From the NCBI RefSeq assembly GCF_009914755.1, contig NC_060934.1: 64,000 nt of DNA; one strand, 5' to 3'. Positions 14,851 through 30,731 of the stretch are shown one piece after another (the stretch's first letter is position 1; each line of letters begins with the position of its first letter). The notes beneath the pieces were generated by a model that saw only the letters and a list, made by a program, of their open reading frames with translations, had not been told where the DNA came from and did not search any database. The translations under genes and the position numbers were made by a program. This DNA comes from the human T2T-CHM13v2.0 reference genome, Homo sapiens.

Positions 14851-16537
14851 CTGGAAAAAAAATCCACATTATTTTGGTATCAAATTAAATATATTTATAG
14901 TATCATACTTAAAAAATGTTTCGTTAACAGTATTCATTTGAAAATCAGAGGTGCCACTAAGGTTGGGAATGATTTCAAAGCTGCAGAATCATTTGCTAAT
15001 TAAAGAATATTTTCGAAGCCTGAAAACATGCCATCATTCATTCATTCACAAACAGTTCTTGGAGGACTACCATATGTTAGGCATAGGATTTAATGGGGGA
15101 AATTTTTCAGTACATATAAATAGGAATTTTGAATCAGAATGGAAACTTATTAAAGTAGACCATAAGAAAGTTGGTCCATTTTTAAAAGACACAATAGGTA
15201 TATTATACAAATGCTAATGATTTAAAAGGACACAGTCATTTCTTTAAAAAAAAATTCTATAAAGTTCCTAGTTTGAAAGATGATTGCTATATTTTCTCCT
15301 TAGCAAGAAAACAATCAATATGTTAACGACTCCTCCAACAGGCAGATTCCATGCTTTTCATGGCCTGTACAGTTAAGACAATTCCTGTGTTTTTCAATTT
15401 GTGAAATGGTAGTAGGTAGCTTCCATTCCTGGCTCTAATATAACCTGCATAGGAATACTTACACTTTCTGTAAAAGTACTTGTTGGTTTGAAATTGTCAC
15501 ATAATGACACAGTAATTTTTGACAGTGTCCTTTTGCAAAGGAATGTAAAAGAATGGCTGCAAATTGAACATAGCCAATCAAGCCACGGGAAATAATTTTG
15601 TTAAATTTTAAAATAGGATAAATACTAAAAGAGATGAATGGAAGTAAGCAGACCACAATCACACACAGTTTATGTAGTTGGATTGTGCAGCTTTATTTTA
15701 TGACATTTAAGTAGACAGTATCATTATTCTCCTACAGAGGTTGTATGGAACCCCATTTCTTAACCTATGTGTTTAGGTATATGTGATAACAGAAGATACA
15801 GGCTTAAGTAAGTAAGAGCAGAAAAAGGGATAGTAGTTGTAATGATCAAATAATATAAATAAAAACATGAATATCGATTTATTAGAAAAGCATTTGCTTC
15901 AAACGGGGATGATAAATATGGTCATTTTGCTTTTAGCAAAATCATAATTCATTCAAATTAAAGATTAAAAAATAATTTTTATAATGCCTTTATTCTTCAA
16001 TAGGTAGAAACAAAATCAAGTGTTCTTAGCAGTATTAATAATTTCAAGATTAAGATATTTACCAGAGTTTTTAACTACACCTTATAATTAAACATTAAAT
16101 TGTATTTATTTTTGAGAACAAGATACAATCTTTGCAGGTTAATATGTCAGATACTGTCTCTGTAAATATTTAAGGAATGTGGCTTTATGTATGATGTTCA
16201 ATGATATTGGAGAGAAGGTATGAACAAGGGTCTTTGATCAAGGTGAAAGCCAAGCATAGCTTTTCATTAACAGGTTTCTTCATGCAGACTGCCAAGGCAA
16301 ATACAACAATCAAACAGACAAGTGAACAAACAACAAATACCAATGCATTTCAGCTCAAACAAAACCAAACGAAACAATTTTATAACTTTAAAAGAATACT
16401 CTATCTGCTGCCTATTTAATTTTATTTAAATATCTTATTTTCCCAACACTTTTCAAAATCAGTTTACTTATTGATGACTTCTTCTCAAAGCCCATAAAAA
16501 ATTACACAGTACTCATGTACTTTTAAAAGATCTAATT

Positions 16538-16576
16538 ACACACACACACACATGCGCACGCGCACACACACACACA
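16538..16576. repeat. (CA)n/(CG) compound microsatellite
   Basis: acacacacacacacatgcgcacgcgcacacacacacaca. Confidence 0.9.
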
Positions 16577-16978
16577 GGTGTACATACATGTAATTGATAG
16601 CAAATGTTGACTCAAAGCCTGCAAATACCTTCTCTTACACTGGGTTAAAGACTTTTGCTGTCTTAAAAAGTATCATATTCAGAAGAAACATTTCAAATAA
16701 AAGAAAGGTTTACAAAAGCACGAAGTTATGAAAGCAGAATGCTTGCAGTGAATTCCACATGCCTGAAAAGCACAAGATAGGTAGCGGTGCTACATTAAGT
16801 CAAGCCACTATGATTTTTTTTTCTTTCAGTGACACACATCAACTGAAAGCATTAAAAAAAACTTAAAAAATAAAAATAAACTTAAGACAAGAATCAGACC
16901 ATGGGTGTGACAGAAAAAAATTGAAAATGGAAAAAAAAAAATTGTAGACATTCTGTATCTTGTCTATAAAGGTCCTAC

Positions 16979-17077
16979 CCAATAAATTTTGTTCCTTGAG
17001 GCCCAAGCTGCAGGATTCGGCTAACCAAGCTCTCACCCTCATTTACAGGGGGAGGATTGGTAGGAAGATGCAGTTTA
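16979..17077 (-). CDS. ANK3: 99-nt cassette exon within ZU5-1: (G)KLHLPTNPPPVNEGESLVSRILQLGPQGTKFI(G)
   Basis: gttattcag|TAAACTG...ATTGG|gtagga; phase 2-2. 17/33 ungapped identity to the end of the preceding exon; resembles the ANK2 33-aa insert. Confidence 0.88.
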
Positions 17078-17620
17078 CTGAATAACATCCATGCAGCAGA
17101 AAGAGAAACGAGAAGGGGAAATTGTGAACAAACTGTCAGTCACGACAGAGCCTGCCTGATTTGTACCCAAGTGCCACCTCAGAAAATGAATTAAATTCAT
17201 TTTTCCTTTTTGTAAAATACCATATCACAATGAACTGTTTCCCAAAAAATTTTCCTTAAAAAGACATGTCCCCAAAGTAGCCATATATTCAATGCGGTAA
17301 AATAATTCCAGCATCTGTATTTTTTCCCTAGAATGGTGCCTTGACTTCTACAGGGACCACTGGGGTTCCGTGCACTTGCTGAGCAGAGAACATGCTTCTC
17401 GGTTAGTAAAAGCCTTGACTAGCAAACTGAGTTAAGAAAGTATCAGCCTATTAGCCTTTCACAGAATCACACAGCTTTGTGACCTTTGACACTTTACAAA
17501 AAGTATACTCAATCAGGTACAACTAAGCAGTTTTAAGAGTTATCTCCTTGAGTTAACAAGGGTAAAGAAAATCAAAGATGCATTGTGAGGGCCAAGGTTA
17601 AAATTGACAAAACAACTTAC

Positions 17621-17845
17621 CCTAAAAATTGTGCCCCTGCAGGACCCATTTCTACCAGCCTACTGGCTAATCCCTCTCCTTCCACCATGGGGGGTGGGTT
17701 GGCCAGTTTATGTCTCTTTACCAAACGGCAGGTGATTCGAGTGGGGGCCGTACACTTGCGTGGAGGAATGATGATTCTCATCCCGTGATGACGGCTTCCT
17801 CTCATGGAGCCCCCTCTCGCGTCCACCATAAAGCTAACCAGAAAC
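17621..17845 (-). CDS. ANK3: ANK3 core exon, 225 nt, start of ZU5-1: [31 protein letters not shown]...GPAGAQFL(G)
   Basis: Acceptor tctcccctcag|GTTTC and donor TTAGG|gtaagt. Contains the [14 protein letters not shown]5 signature; overlaps ORF 17617..17829. Confidence 0.98.
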
Positions 17846-20524
17846 CTGAGGGGAGAAGATCAGAGGCCAATTCAAGGACGGAAATAAACTGTGCTCACAG
17901 CAAGTTTGGAAATTAAATATTTAAGTTTATTTAAAGCGACAGACAATGTAGCTATCATTTCCTCTAAAGATAAATCAGAAGTCAATACAGTGGAGTCACA
18001 TCAAACATGCATTTAACTTGTGCACTTTGCAAAAACTGAAACACAACTTGTTTTTGGTGGAACATGGCCCCCATAGAAAAGCCAACTACTTTACCAGGCT
18101 CAAATGGAAGGAATAAGGAAGGTTTCAAAACTGGAGTAAAATCGGTCTAGTAACAGGATTCTCATGCATTTAAAACAAAAAAACTGTGGTCTTTATATTC
18201 AAAGGTCATTTTAACTATAAGTGGTTTTTGCCATATGCTGCCATATGGTCTCTTACAAGTAAGATGAAACTCCACAGTATGTCTTGATATTTACGACTCA
18301 TAAAATAAATGTATTTTTAATCATACCAACACTAATTTTTACTATGATGAAGCAGAATATAAGAATAAAAGCAGGAGATGACTAGATTTGCTACGGTGAT
18401 TTTGATGGAAAGAGATTAAATGTTTTCAGTATAAATATGGGCTTAAAAGCTGTCTGAAATAACCTACATTTGAATATTTTATACAATGATTAAAAAAGTG
18501 GAACTTAGACTTTTAGAAAATGGCTCTAAATAACAGAATTCTGTCATTGGCCTTTTATTAAAGCTAATAAGGAAAAAACTGTCTGCATGTATTAATAGGT
18601 ATAGAACTATAAAGAAATTAACTGTTATTTTTGGGTAGAAGCATATTGGAATCACTGTCTTCTATCACATATGCATGGTCCCACTATCATCATCACAGAG
18701 TTATAACACAGTTATCGTTATCACAGAGTTATAAGTAAACATAAATCAATGAGTTCAATGTGTGGAAGAGTTAAGGTCAGACAGGGGAACACAAATATAT
18801 CCCTGTATTCTAGTTTCCACGTATGAAAATACACAGATTACTACTAGCACAGTACAAAATGGTGATAATTAGAAAATTGTCGGAATTCTTAAAGTGTTTT
18901 TAGAAAAAAAAAGTCCCATCCATCAAAAATCTTTACTATTTTTTCCCCTAAAAACAATGCTAACATCCTGCAAACAGATTTTAAGACCTTGCATGGACTT
19001 CCTAGCTGGGGACCGTCTTCTGAAGAATGCTACCTCTTGACCTTGAAAGAGTGACCTTTTCAAGCAAACTGGCCTGTGATCCCCACAGGCAGAGGCAATG
19101 GGCTGGCGATCATTTTTCAGCCTATCAGATTCCTAGAACCAACTCTGCTCATCAGTAAGGTGGACTCATCTTCATACCCTTTTGCTCATTTTGGATTTAA
19201 CCATTTTACTCTGAATGAATTTATGTCTCTTACAACATTCTATCGATTTTGGGAGATTGGGACCACTACGATAATCAAGGTAAAAGGGGAAAACACTGAC
19301 TCTCTCAAAAACAAAAAGAAAACAAAAATCACTCCTCCCTAGTCAAAGAAAAAGATACTTGTTCACTTGTACAAGTGTCGGGATGAATTGTTACCAATGC
19401 TAAAAGACATGAGGCTCACCTGAAATTGCTCTGGGCTGCCTACATTTTCTTAGACATACGTATATTTAACAACTACTTTTATTCAATAATGAAGGCAATA
19501 TGGCAATATTATAAGACAAAAATCAAATCATTCCCTGCACTTAGTAGTTGTAACTACAAAAATCAATTTTTCATTAGGAATAATAGTAACAGAATGGATT
19601 TAAAACGATTCACGACAAACTCTGGGCTTGAAGATTCAGTTGTGTCAGTACACACATACACACATACACACACACTGGAATGTTTCCACTGAGAGGGGAA
19701 TGTTTGCCCTGGCAACCGCTGAGTCTCAACAATATAGAGAGTAATTCTGATTGGGTCTGTCTTGTTCACTGATTGACCTGCAGAGCCAAGCACAATTCTA
19801 GCACAAAATAGGGACGTGATAAATGCTTACTGAATGAACCAATGAATAAAACTATTTTGCTTAGAAACTGTGTAGGTGAGACTCGGTTACTAATACTAAT
19901 GGATTGATGGGTGGATAGATAGGTAGATAGCTGATTGGAGCTGAGTGGACTGAAGGTAGCGTACAGTTTATCAGATTAAAATAAAAATATCTCAGCTGTA
20001 AAGAATATCAGAACCAATGGAAAAAACACTAGTTAACATGATATTAACAACAAACTGGAAGAGTCTCTTTCTCTGTGTTCTGTATAGCACACAGTACATG
20101 GCTGGTGCTCACCAGCAACCATTTATTGTTCTGAGGTTCTCAACTTCATAGAGTCAACAGACTGAGGAAAAGTGGGACTATTCATTAAACAGGACATGGG
20201 TCCTATTATTTAATAACATTATAAAATATAGTGATTTGTTTTACAAACTCATGTCTTACATATTGTGTGAAAAAGTCATGCAACATAACTTATAGAACAA
20301 ATTAAAAAGGTGATATATAATAATATTTGTATCATTAATATTTAAACTATAGCACAAATTCTACAAATGATCCTAAAACTAATACATGAATGTTTCTAGT
20401 TTTAGGAACAGCAGGATGACAAATGCTGATATACTACAGACATTGACACGATCTAACTATGGGAAAAATTCACATAAATTAAAAATACAAAAAGGATGGT
20501 TCACATAAAGGACACAGTTATCAC

Positions 20525-20557
20525 CTTGAATCATACTGAGGAAGTGGAGAAGAATAG
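20525..20557 (-). CDS. ANK3: 33-nt cassette exon: (G)YSSPLPQYDS(R)
   Basis: ttattttgcag|CTATTC...TCAAG|gtgata; phase 2-2, no stop, preceded by a long pyrimidine-rich, AG-free stretch. Confidence 0.8.
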
Positions 20558-21409
20558 CTGCAAAATAATTTAGAAAGCAAATGGGAAGAATTAATGTAAT
20601 ATAATTAGAAGCAAGCAACAGAAAATGTCAATGACAAGCAAAGGAAAAATAAAAACCATCAGAAAATGAAACCAGGGCATCTGGCATTTGTGGGACAACC
20701 TAGAAAAATATCTGCCTTATGTAGCTGCATAAACTGCAAGGACCTGGCATCAGTGAAATATTTCTAAGTGCACACCAGGTCTATATTTTCCTTTTCAAAT
20801 AAGCCCACACCTGCTGCCATTACTTTTGCTTTCCTGCACATGTCTATTGTCTCTCTTGTCTTCAATAACATTCAAGGTGAAGGGGAGATAACTTGCATAC
20901 TCAAATACTTCATTGTTTTTAATGTATGGGAAAGTTCATTTCTGATTTTGTTATCATGTTTCTTCAACTTCTCAGTTTACTAAATTAAGCCCTAGTACCT
21001 TGTCTTTGATTTGTAGAGAATACAAAGTGATGGTTTCAGGTCTTTGAAATATGGCGGCAATTCATCAAGCGTGATTCAAAAAACTCTTCAACATCTTTGC
21101 TCCCTGAATGTATCCCAGATGTTATATAGTTTCCTTCTTGAATCTGATTTTTTCTTTTGCTTTTCCAATATTAGACCCATATGCATTGAATATAAATTAT
21201 ATAAATATTTTTAGCAGTTTAAAATTATAATAATTCAAGGTTTCTCTAATTGAGTTAAAGAAATGCAATGTTACTAACTCAAAAGCCACCATAAAGTTTA
21301 TAATTTATGAAACACTTTCATGTCAATTATTCCCATTTGAACGATATTGTTCTGTTTCTCAGAATTGTAGTATTACAAAGCCAAAATCTATAACGGTATT
21401 TTAACCTGA

Positions 21410-21575
21410 AGCATTCCTCTGAGTCTGATTTTTTATTTGTAAAATGAGGATAATGAGTAATACGTATCTCACAGTATCATTATAAGGTTCAAGTAAATAT
21501 AAATGAGACAATACATGTAAAAGATTTAGCACAATGCCAGGTACACGACAAGAAGTAAGTAAACGTTAGCTATTA
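21410..21575 (+). mobile_element. MIR remnant (others near 11105-11340, 13240-13340, 33530-33750, 37050-37590, 51655-51850, 60610-60810)
   Basis: MIR core ctctgagtctg...tgtaaaatgaggataat...tagcacaatgccaggtac. Confidence 0.65.
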
Positions 21576-22218
21576 CAATTTATTTTAATTAGGAGCAGCA
21601 GCAAATACTTCATATAATATATGAAGCACTTCACAAAAGTTAATTGTTGTTAATTTATTTAATTCCAAAATAATCTGCCCTTGTCCTTGATCACAATTAA
21701 CTTATGGCCTAAATGCCAATTTCAAAGGCAAAAACACCTTGAGATATTCATCATTTTAATGAATTATTTTGATTCTACTTATATGGATGTCAATTATCCC
21801 AAATTTGAATTACCCAAAGATGAAGAATCCAGTATCTAAAGATACACTAATTTATTAATTCAGTAATTGAAGCAGGTCCCCTTTTAGCCTCCTGCCTCGA
21901 ATTCCATTGACCAGGGAGGCAGGATGAGGAGGCTACTCGGTGTGGTTTTTAACCACAGCACTTCCAGTGTAGACACTGGTATGTTTTTTTTTTAAGTAAA
22001 TATCTTTATTCTTTTTATTCATTTTTTAAAATTACAATTTAATACAACTTAATTGTAATTTTATTTCAGAAATGCAGAGGCACCAACTCGAAAGTTTAAA
22101 TTTATATATTCTTTTAAAAGGAAAATCACACAAATCATTTATCAAATCAAAGACCTGTATCATATGAGAAAAAAATGACAATACCAGAGCTTACTGCTCA
22201 TTTAAAAACTAAATATTT

Positions 22219-22545
<327 letters not shown>

Positions 22546-23012
22546 CTATTATTAAGGGAAGCACAAAAGTCAGTTAAGGTAAATTAACAGGCATACTTAC
22601 ATATTTAATTTTCTATTGGAAAGAAAAATCAGATACCTAGAAAAACTTCATTTGAATAGAAAAGTAAAACGGAGAAAAATCATTATGTTTCAAATTTTAA
22701 AAAACTTAAAAAGGAAATTTTCTGAAAAGGAAAATTAAAGACCTAGAAGATTAGAACAGCCAGGAAAGTTTGTTGTACTAGTAATTTCATTATTTTTCTA
22801 ACAAAATTAAATTTTTCTCAAAAAAACTCATACAGAATTACTTAGAAAAAAACAATGATTTACAAATACATCTCACATATACTAATGAATATACATTTCA
22901 TACATGAATGTATTCATATATATGAAGCTTGTTGATGTGAATTTATAACTCTAAGTAATAAATGCACTGTTCATGTAGTAGGATAATGAAAAGTGACATT
23001 TAGGTTACTTAC

Positions 23013-23119
23013 CCAGAATGAATGGGGCTTGAAACAAGATTGACATTGTCTAAGGTGTCTGCAGCCCAGCTGTAATGTCTAAGAGAATCTGAATCAAATT
23101 CCCTTGTGAATGTTAGATG
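23013..23119 (-). CDS. ANK3: ANK3 core exon, 107 nt: HLTFTREFDSDSLRHYSWAADTLDNVNLVSSPIHS(G)
   Basis: Acceptor tttttcag|CATCTA and donor TCTGG|gtaagt; phase 0 in, phase 2 out. Confidence 0.96.
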
Positions 23120-23499
23120 CTGAAAAATAAAATGGTAAATTAAATTACATCAACAAACCATACAAGACTGATTTCTCTACACATATAAAATATATTTGTA
23201 TTCCTCTAATTCCAGATAGACTTACATTCAACATAAATAATTTTTAAATTCTCCTCTATAGAAATACATTGAAATCTGAGTGTAATGTTAGAAAACAAAG
23301 TCTATTGATGTATTGTTTTATTTCAATCTTTTAAGAAAGCTCCCTGGGTAACTGACATGGCAAAGAAATATCACATAACTAACTCCAACTATGATTTTAA
23401 GCACATGTCACATTTTCAACATGTCTTCAAATTAATCCTATAACAACTGTAATTTTTTTTCCCAATTCTCAAAATAAAAAATGAAAAATTCAATCTTGA

Positions 23500-27050
<3,551 letters not shown>

Positions 27051-28265
27051 AATTACACAGATTTTTAAAAAATAGCCCTGAAGTCAAATTGAAAAATAAA
27101 TTTGTAGAGCAATTACATGCAAGTCACTATCTCACCCACATCCTAGGAAAATGCAAACATGAATGAGGAACAGCTTTATCTGCATTTAATGAGCGAGGAC
27201 ACATCTAGTGAATGGGTGTGCAATTAAGCTTCTAATAAGAATCCACGGAACCAAGATTCTAACCCGTCAAAAGCAATAAACCATTTAGGAAAGTTCCCAA
27301 ATTCTATATGGATTAACCAAATATGAGGTGTTGGTTTCAGTCTGGCCTCATTTAACAACAACTTATACTGACTTTTGGAGACCCAAACCAACAAACCTTC
27401 AGAGTAGGGCAAAACACTTAATACAAAGTAGTGATGTTCCTTTAATTTTTTTGGCATGAGTGGAGGGCAAGCTACAGTTCCTACACTGGGGAGCCTAAGG
27501 TTATTTTTCACAAAGGTTCATTTTTTTAAAAAAAGTTCTCATAAATAAATAATATCATTCCTCTTTGGTAATTACAGTAAATTATTTACCTTTGGTACTC
27601 TTAGAAACATGCACTGGTGCCATTAATTATTGAAACAATGAATTATGTCTCACAAAAAGGTATCACTGCAATCATGTAATATTTATCAAAGCCAGAGTGT
27701 GCCAGGACATGGATTCCACATCCCTCTGAGTCCTTTCTTAACTTCTTTAGTCTTGCAACTCTGCCACTCATTGAAGCTTTGTTGTAACACGAACAAATCT
27801 CATACTTGATCAAAACAATGAGCTATATATTATTTTGAGCTATATGTCCCAATATTTGTCCCAGATAGTAACACTTAAACATGTTTTTAGGTACCTTAGT
27901 GCTTTCTCTTCTGAGTTTTGTGGTTTCCTCAGGTTTATGAGCAGACGTAACTCAATTTTAATAACCTAAATACAGGGAAACAAAATACTCTTCCTATGGC
28001 GCATCCATCTAAATATAAAATGAAGCAATTCAATGGAACCTACGGTTTTATACATAGATACTGAATTGGTATTTCATTTCCATGCTACCTGTCTGCGAAG
28101 ACTTACTCCTACAGATTAGAATCTACTTAAAACCGAAATATAAAATTTCAACTATTCACTTATGTTTGTTCTGACATGTTACGGTGCATAGCACCACAGT
28201 ACTAACAAAAAAACTTTGCCTCTATTTAATTACTGAACAAATACACATTTAAAATGATTAACAGG

Positions 28266-28580
<315 letters not shown>

Positions 28581-28591
28581 AATAAAATGAT

Positions 28592-30731
28592 TAACAGAGA
28601 TTCCATGTTCATGGATTGGGGGAATCAATAGTGTTAAATATTGTTAAATATTTAACAGTATGTCCATACTGCCCAAAGTAATCAAAGGATTCAATGCAAT
28701 CTCTATCAAAATAATGATATTCTTCACAGAAATTTAAAAAAAAATCCTAAAATGTATGTGGAACTACAAAAGACTCAGAACAGCCAAAGCTATCCTAAGT
28801 AAAAAGAACAAAACTGGAAGAATCACATTATCTGACTTTAAATTATACTACAGAGATATAATCACCAAAACGGCATGGTGCTGGGAAAAAATCAGGCACA
28901 TAGATCAGTGGAACACAATATAGAACCCAGAGATAAATCCATACATCTACAGTGAACTGATTTTTGACAAAGGTGCTAAGAACGTACATTGGAGGAATAA
29001 TAGTCTCTTCAATAAATGATGCTGGGAAAATCAGATAGCCATATGCAAAAGAATGAAACTAGGCCCCTATCTCTCGCCATATACAAAAATCAAATCAAAA
29101 TGAATTAATGACTTAAATCTAAGACCCCAAACTATGAAACTACTAAAAAAAAATACATTAGGGAAACTCTCCGGGACATTGAACTGTGCAAAAATTTCTT
29201 GAGTAATACCCCACAAGCACAGGCAACCAAGGCAAAAATAGACAACTGGGATCACATCAAGTTGAAAAGCTTCCGCACAGCAAAAGAAACAATCAGCAAA
29301 GTGAAGAGACAACCCACAGAATGGGAGAATGTATTGACAAACTCTCCATCTGACAAGGGATTAATAACCGGAATATATAATGAGCTCAAACAACTCTCTA
29401 AGGAAAAAAAAAATCTAATAATCCAACTAAAAATAGGCAAAAGAACTGAATAGACATTTCTCAAAAGAAGACATACAAATGGCAAACCGGTATGTGAAAA
29501 AGTCCTCAACATCACTGATCATCAGAGAAATTTAAATCCAAACCAGAATGAGATATCATCTCACCTTAGTTAAAATAGCTTTTATCCAGAAGTTAGGCAA
29601 TAACAAATTCTAACCAGGATTTGGAGAAAAGGGAACCCTCTTACACTGTTGGTGGGAATGTAACCACCACAGAGAGCAGTCTGGAGGTTCCTCGAAAAAC
29701 TGAAAATAGAGCTACCATGCTATCCAGCAAGCCCACTGCTAGGTATATACCCAAAAGAAAAGAAGTATATCAAAGAGACATCTGCACGCCCATGTTTATT
29801 GCAGCACTATTCACAATAGCCAAGATTTGGAAGCAACCTAAGTGTCCATCAACAGATGAATAGAAATAGAAAATACATACACAATGGAGTATGTACACGC
29901 AACGGAGTACTGTTCAGCCATAAAAAAGAATGAGAGCCTGTCATTTGCAACAACATGGATGGAACTGGAGGTAATTATGTTAGCTAAAATAAGCTGGGCA
30001 CAGAAAGACAAATTTCTCATGTTCTCACTGATTTGTGAAAGCTAAAAATTAAAATAATTGAGTTCATGGAGATCGAAAGTAGAAAAATTGTTACCAGAGG
30101 CTGGGAAGGGTAGTGAGGGAGTGCAGGGGGTGGAGGGTAGTGGGAATGGTTAAAATGCACCAAAAAAAAAAAAAAAAGGAAGAATGAATAAAGGCAGGGT
30201 GCATGGCACATGTCTGTAATCCCAGCACTTTGGGAGGTCAAAGTGGGCAGATGACTTGAGCTCAGGAGTTTAAGACCAGCCTGGGCAACATGGCAAAATT
30301 CCATCTCTATAAAAATTGCAAAAAAGAGCCAAGCGTGGTGGTGTGTGCCTGTAGTCCCAGCTACTTGGAAGGCTGAGGAGGGAGGATGGCTTGAGCTGGG
30401 AGGTGGAGGTTGCAGTGAGCCAAGGTAGTGCTACTGCACTCCAGTCTAGGTGAGAGGGCCAGACCCTTTCTCAAAAAAAAAAAAAAGTATAAGACCCTAG
30501 TATTTGGTAGTACAACAGAGTGACTACAGTCAAAAGTAATTTAATTGTACATTGTAAAATAACTAAAAGTACATAATTGGATTGTTTGTAGCACAAAGGA
30601 CAAATGCTTGAGGTGATAGATACCCCATTTGCCATGATGTGATTGTGCACTGCATGCCTGTATAAAAATATCTCATGTCACCCATAAATATATATACCTA
30701 CTATGTATTCACAAAAATTTTAAAATAAAAA
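28592..30731 (+). mobile_element. 5'-truncated L1MA-like element (ORF2 C-terminus and 3' UTR), interrupted by an AluJ at ~30193-30487
   Basis: Degenerate ORF2 peptides ([42 protein letters not shown]) and an L1MA-type 3' end. Confidence 0.92.

Noticed and set aside
17031-17040. Internal donor-like AGG|GTGAGA within the 99-nt exon
   Set aside because: It would give a 41-nt frameshifting exon, and the sequence is explained by the coding motif EGE.
17716-17724. Internal donor TTG|GTAAAG that could make the 99-nt exon replace, rather than follow, its paralogous segment
   Set aside because: The donor is phase 0 and the 99-nt exon acceptor is phase 2, so joining gives an immediate TAA. A clean swap is not supported.
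19414-19430. tttcag|GTGAGC as a recursive splice site or cryptic donor
   Set aside because: No pyrimidine tract or plausible partner acceptor, and the intron is short.
28642-28657. 16-bp AT-rich palindrome tgttaaatatttaaca
   Set aside because: Low complexity, inside a dead L1, and likely slippage.
29067-30020. ORFs resembling L1 ORF2
   Set aside because: Broken fragments of a dead, truncated L1.
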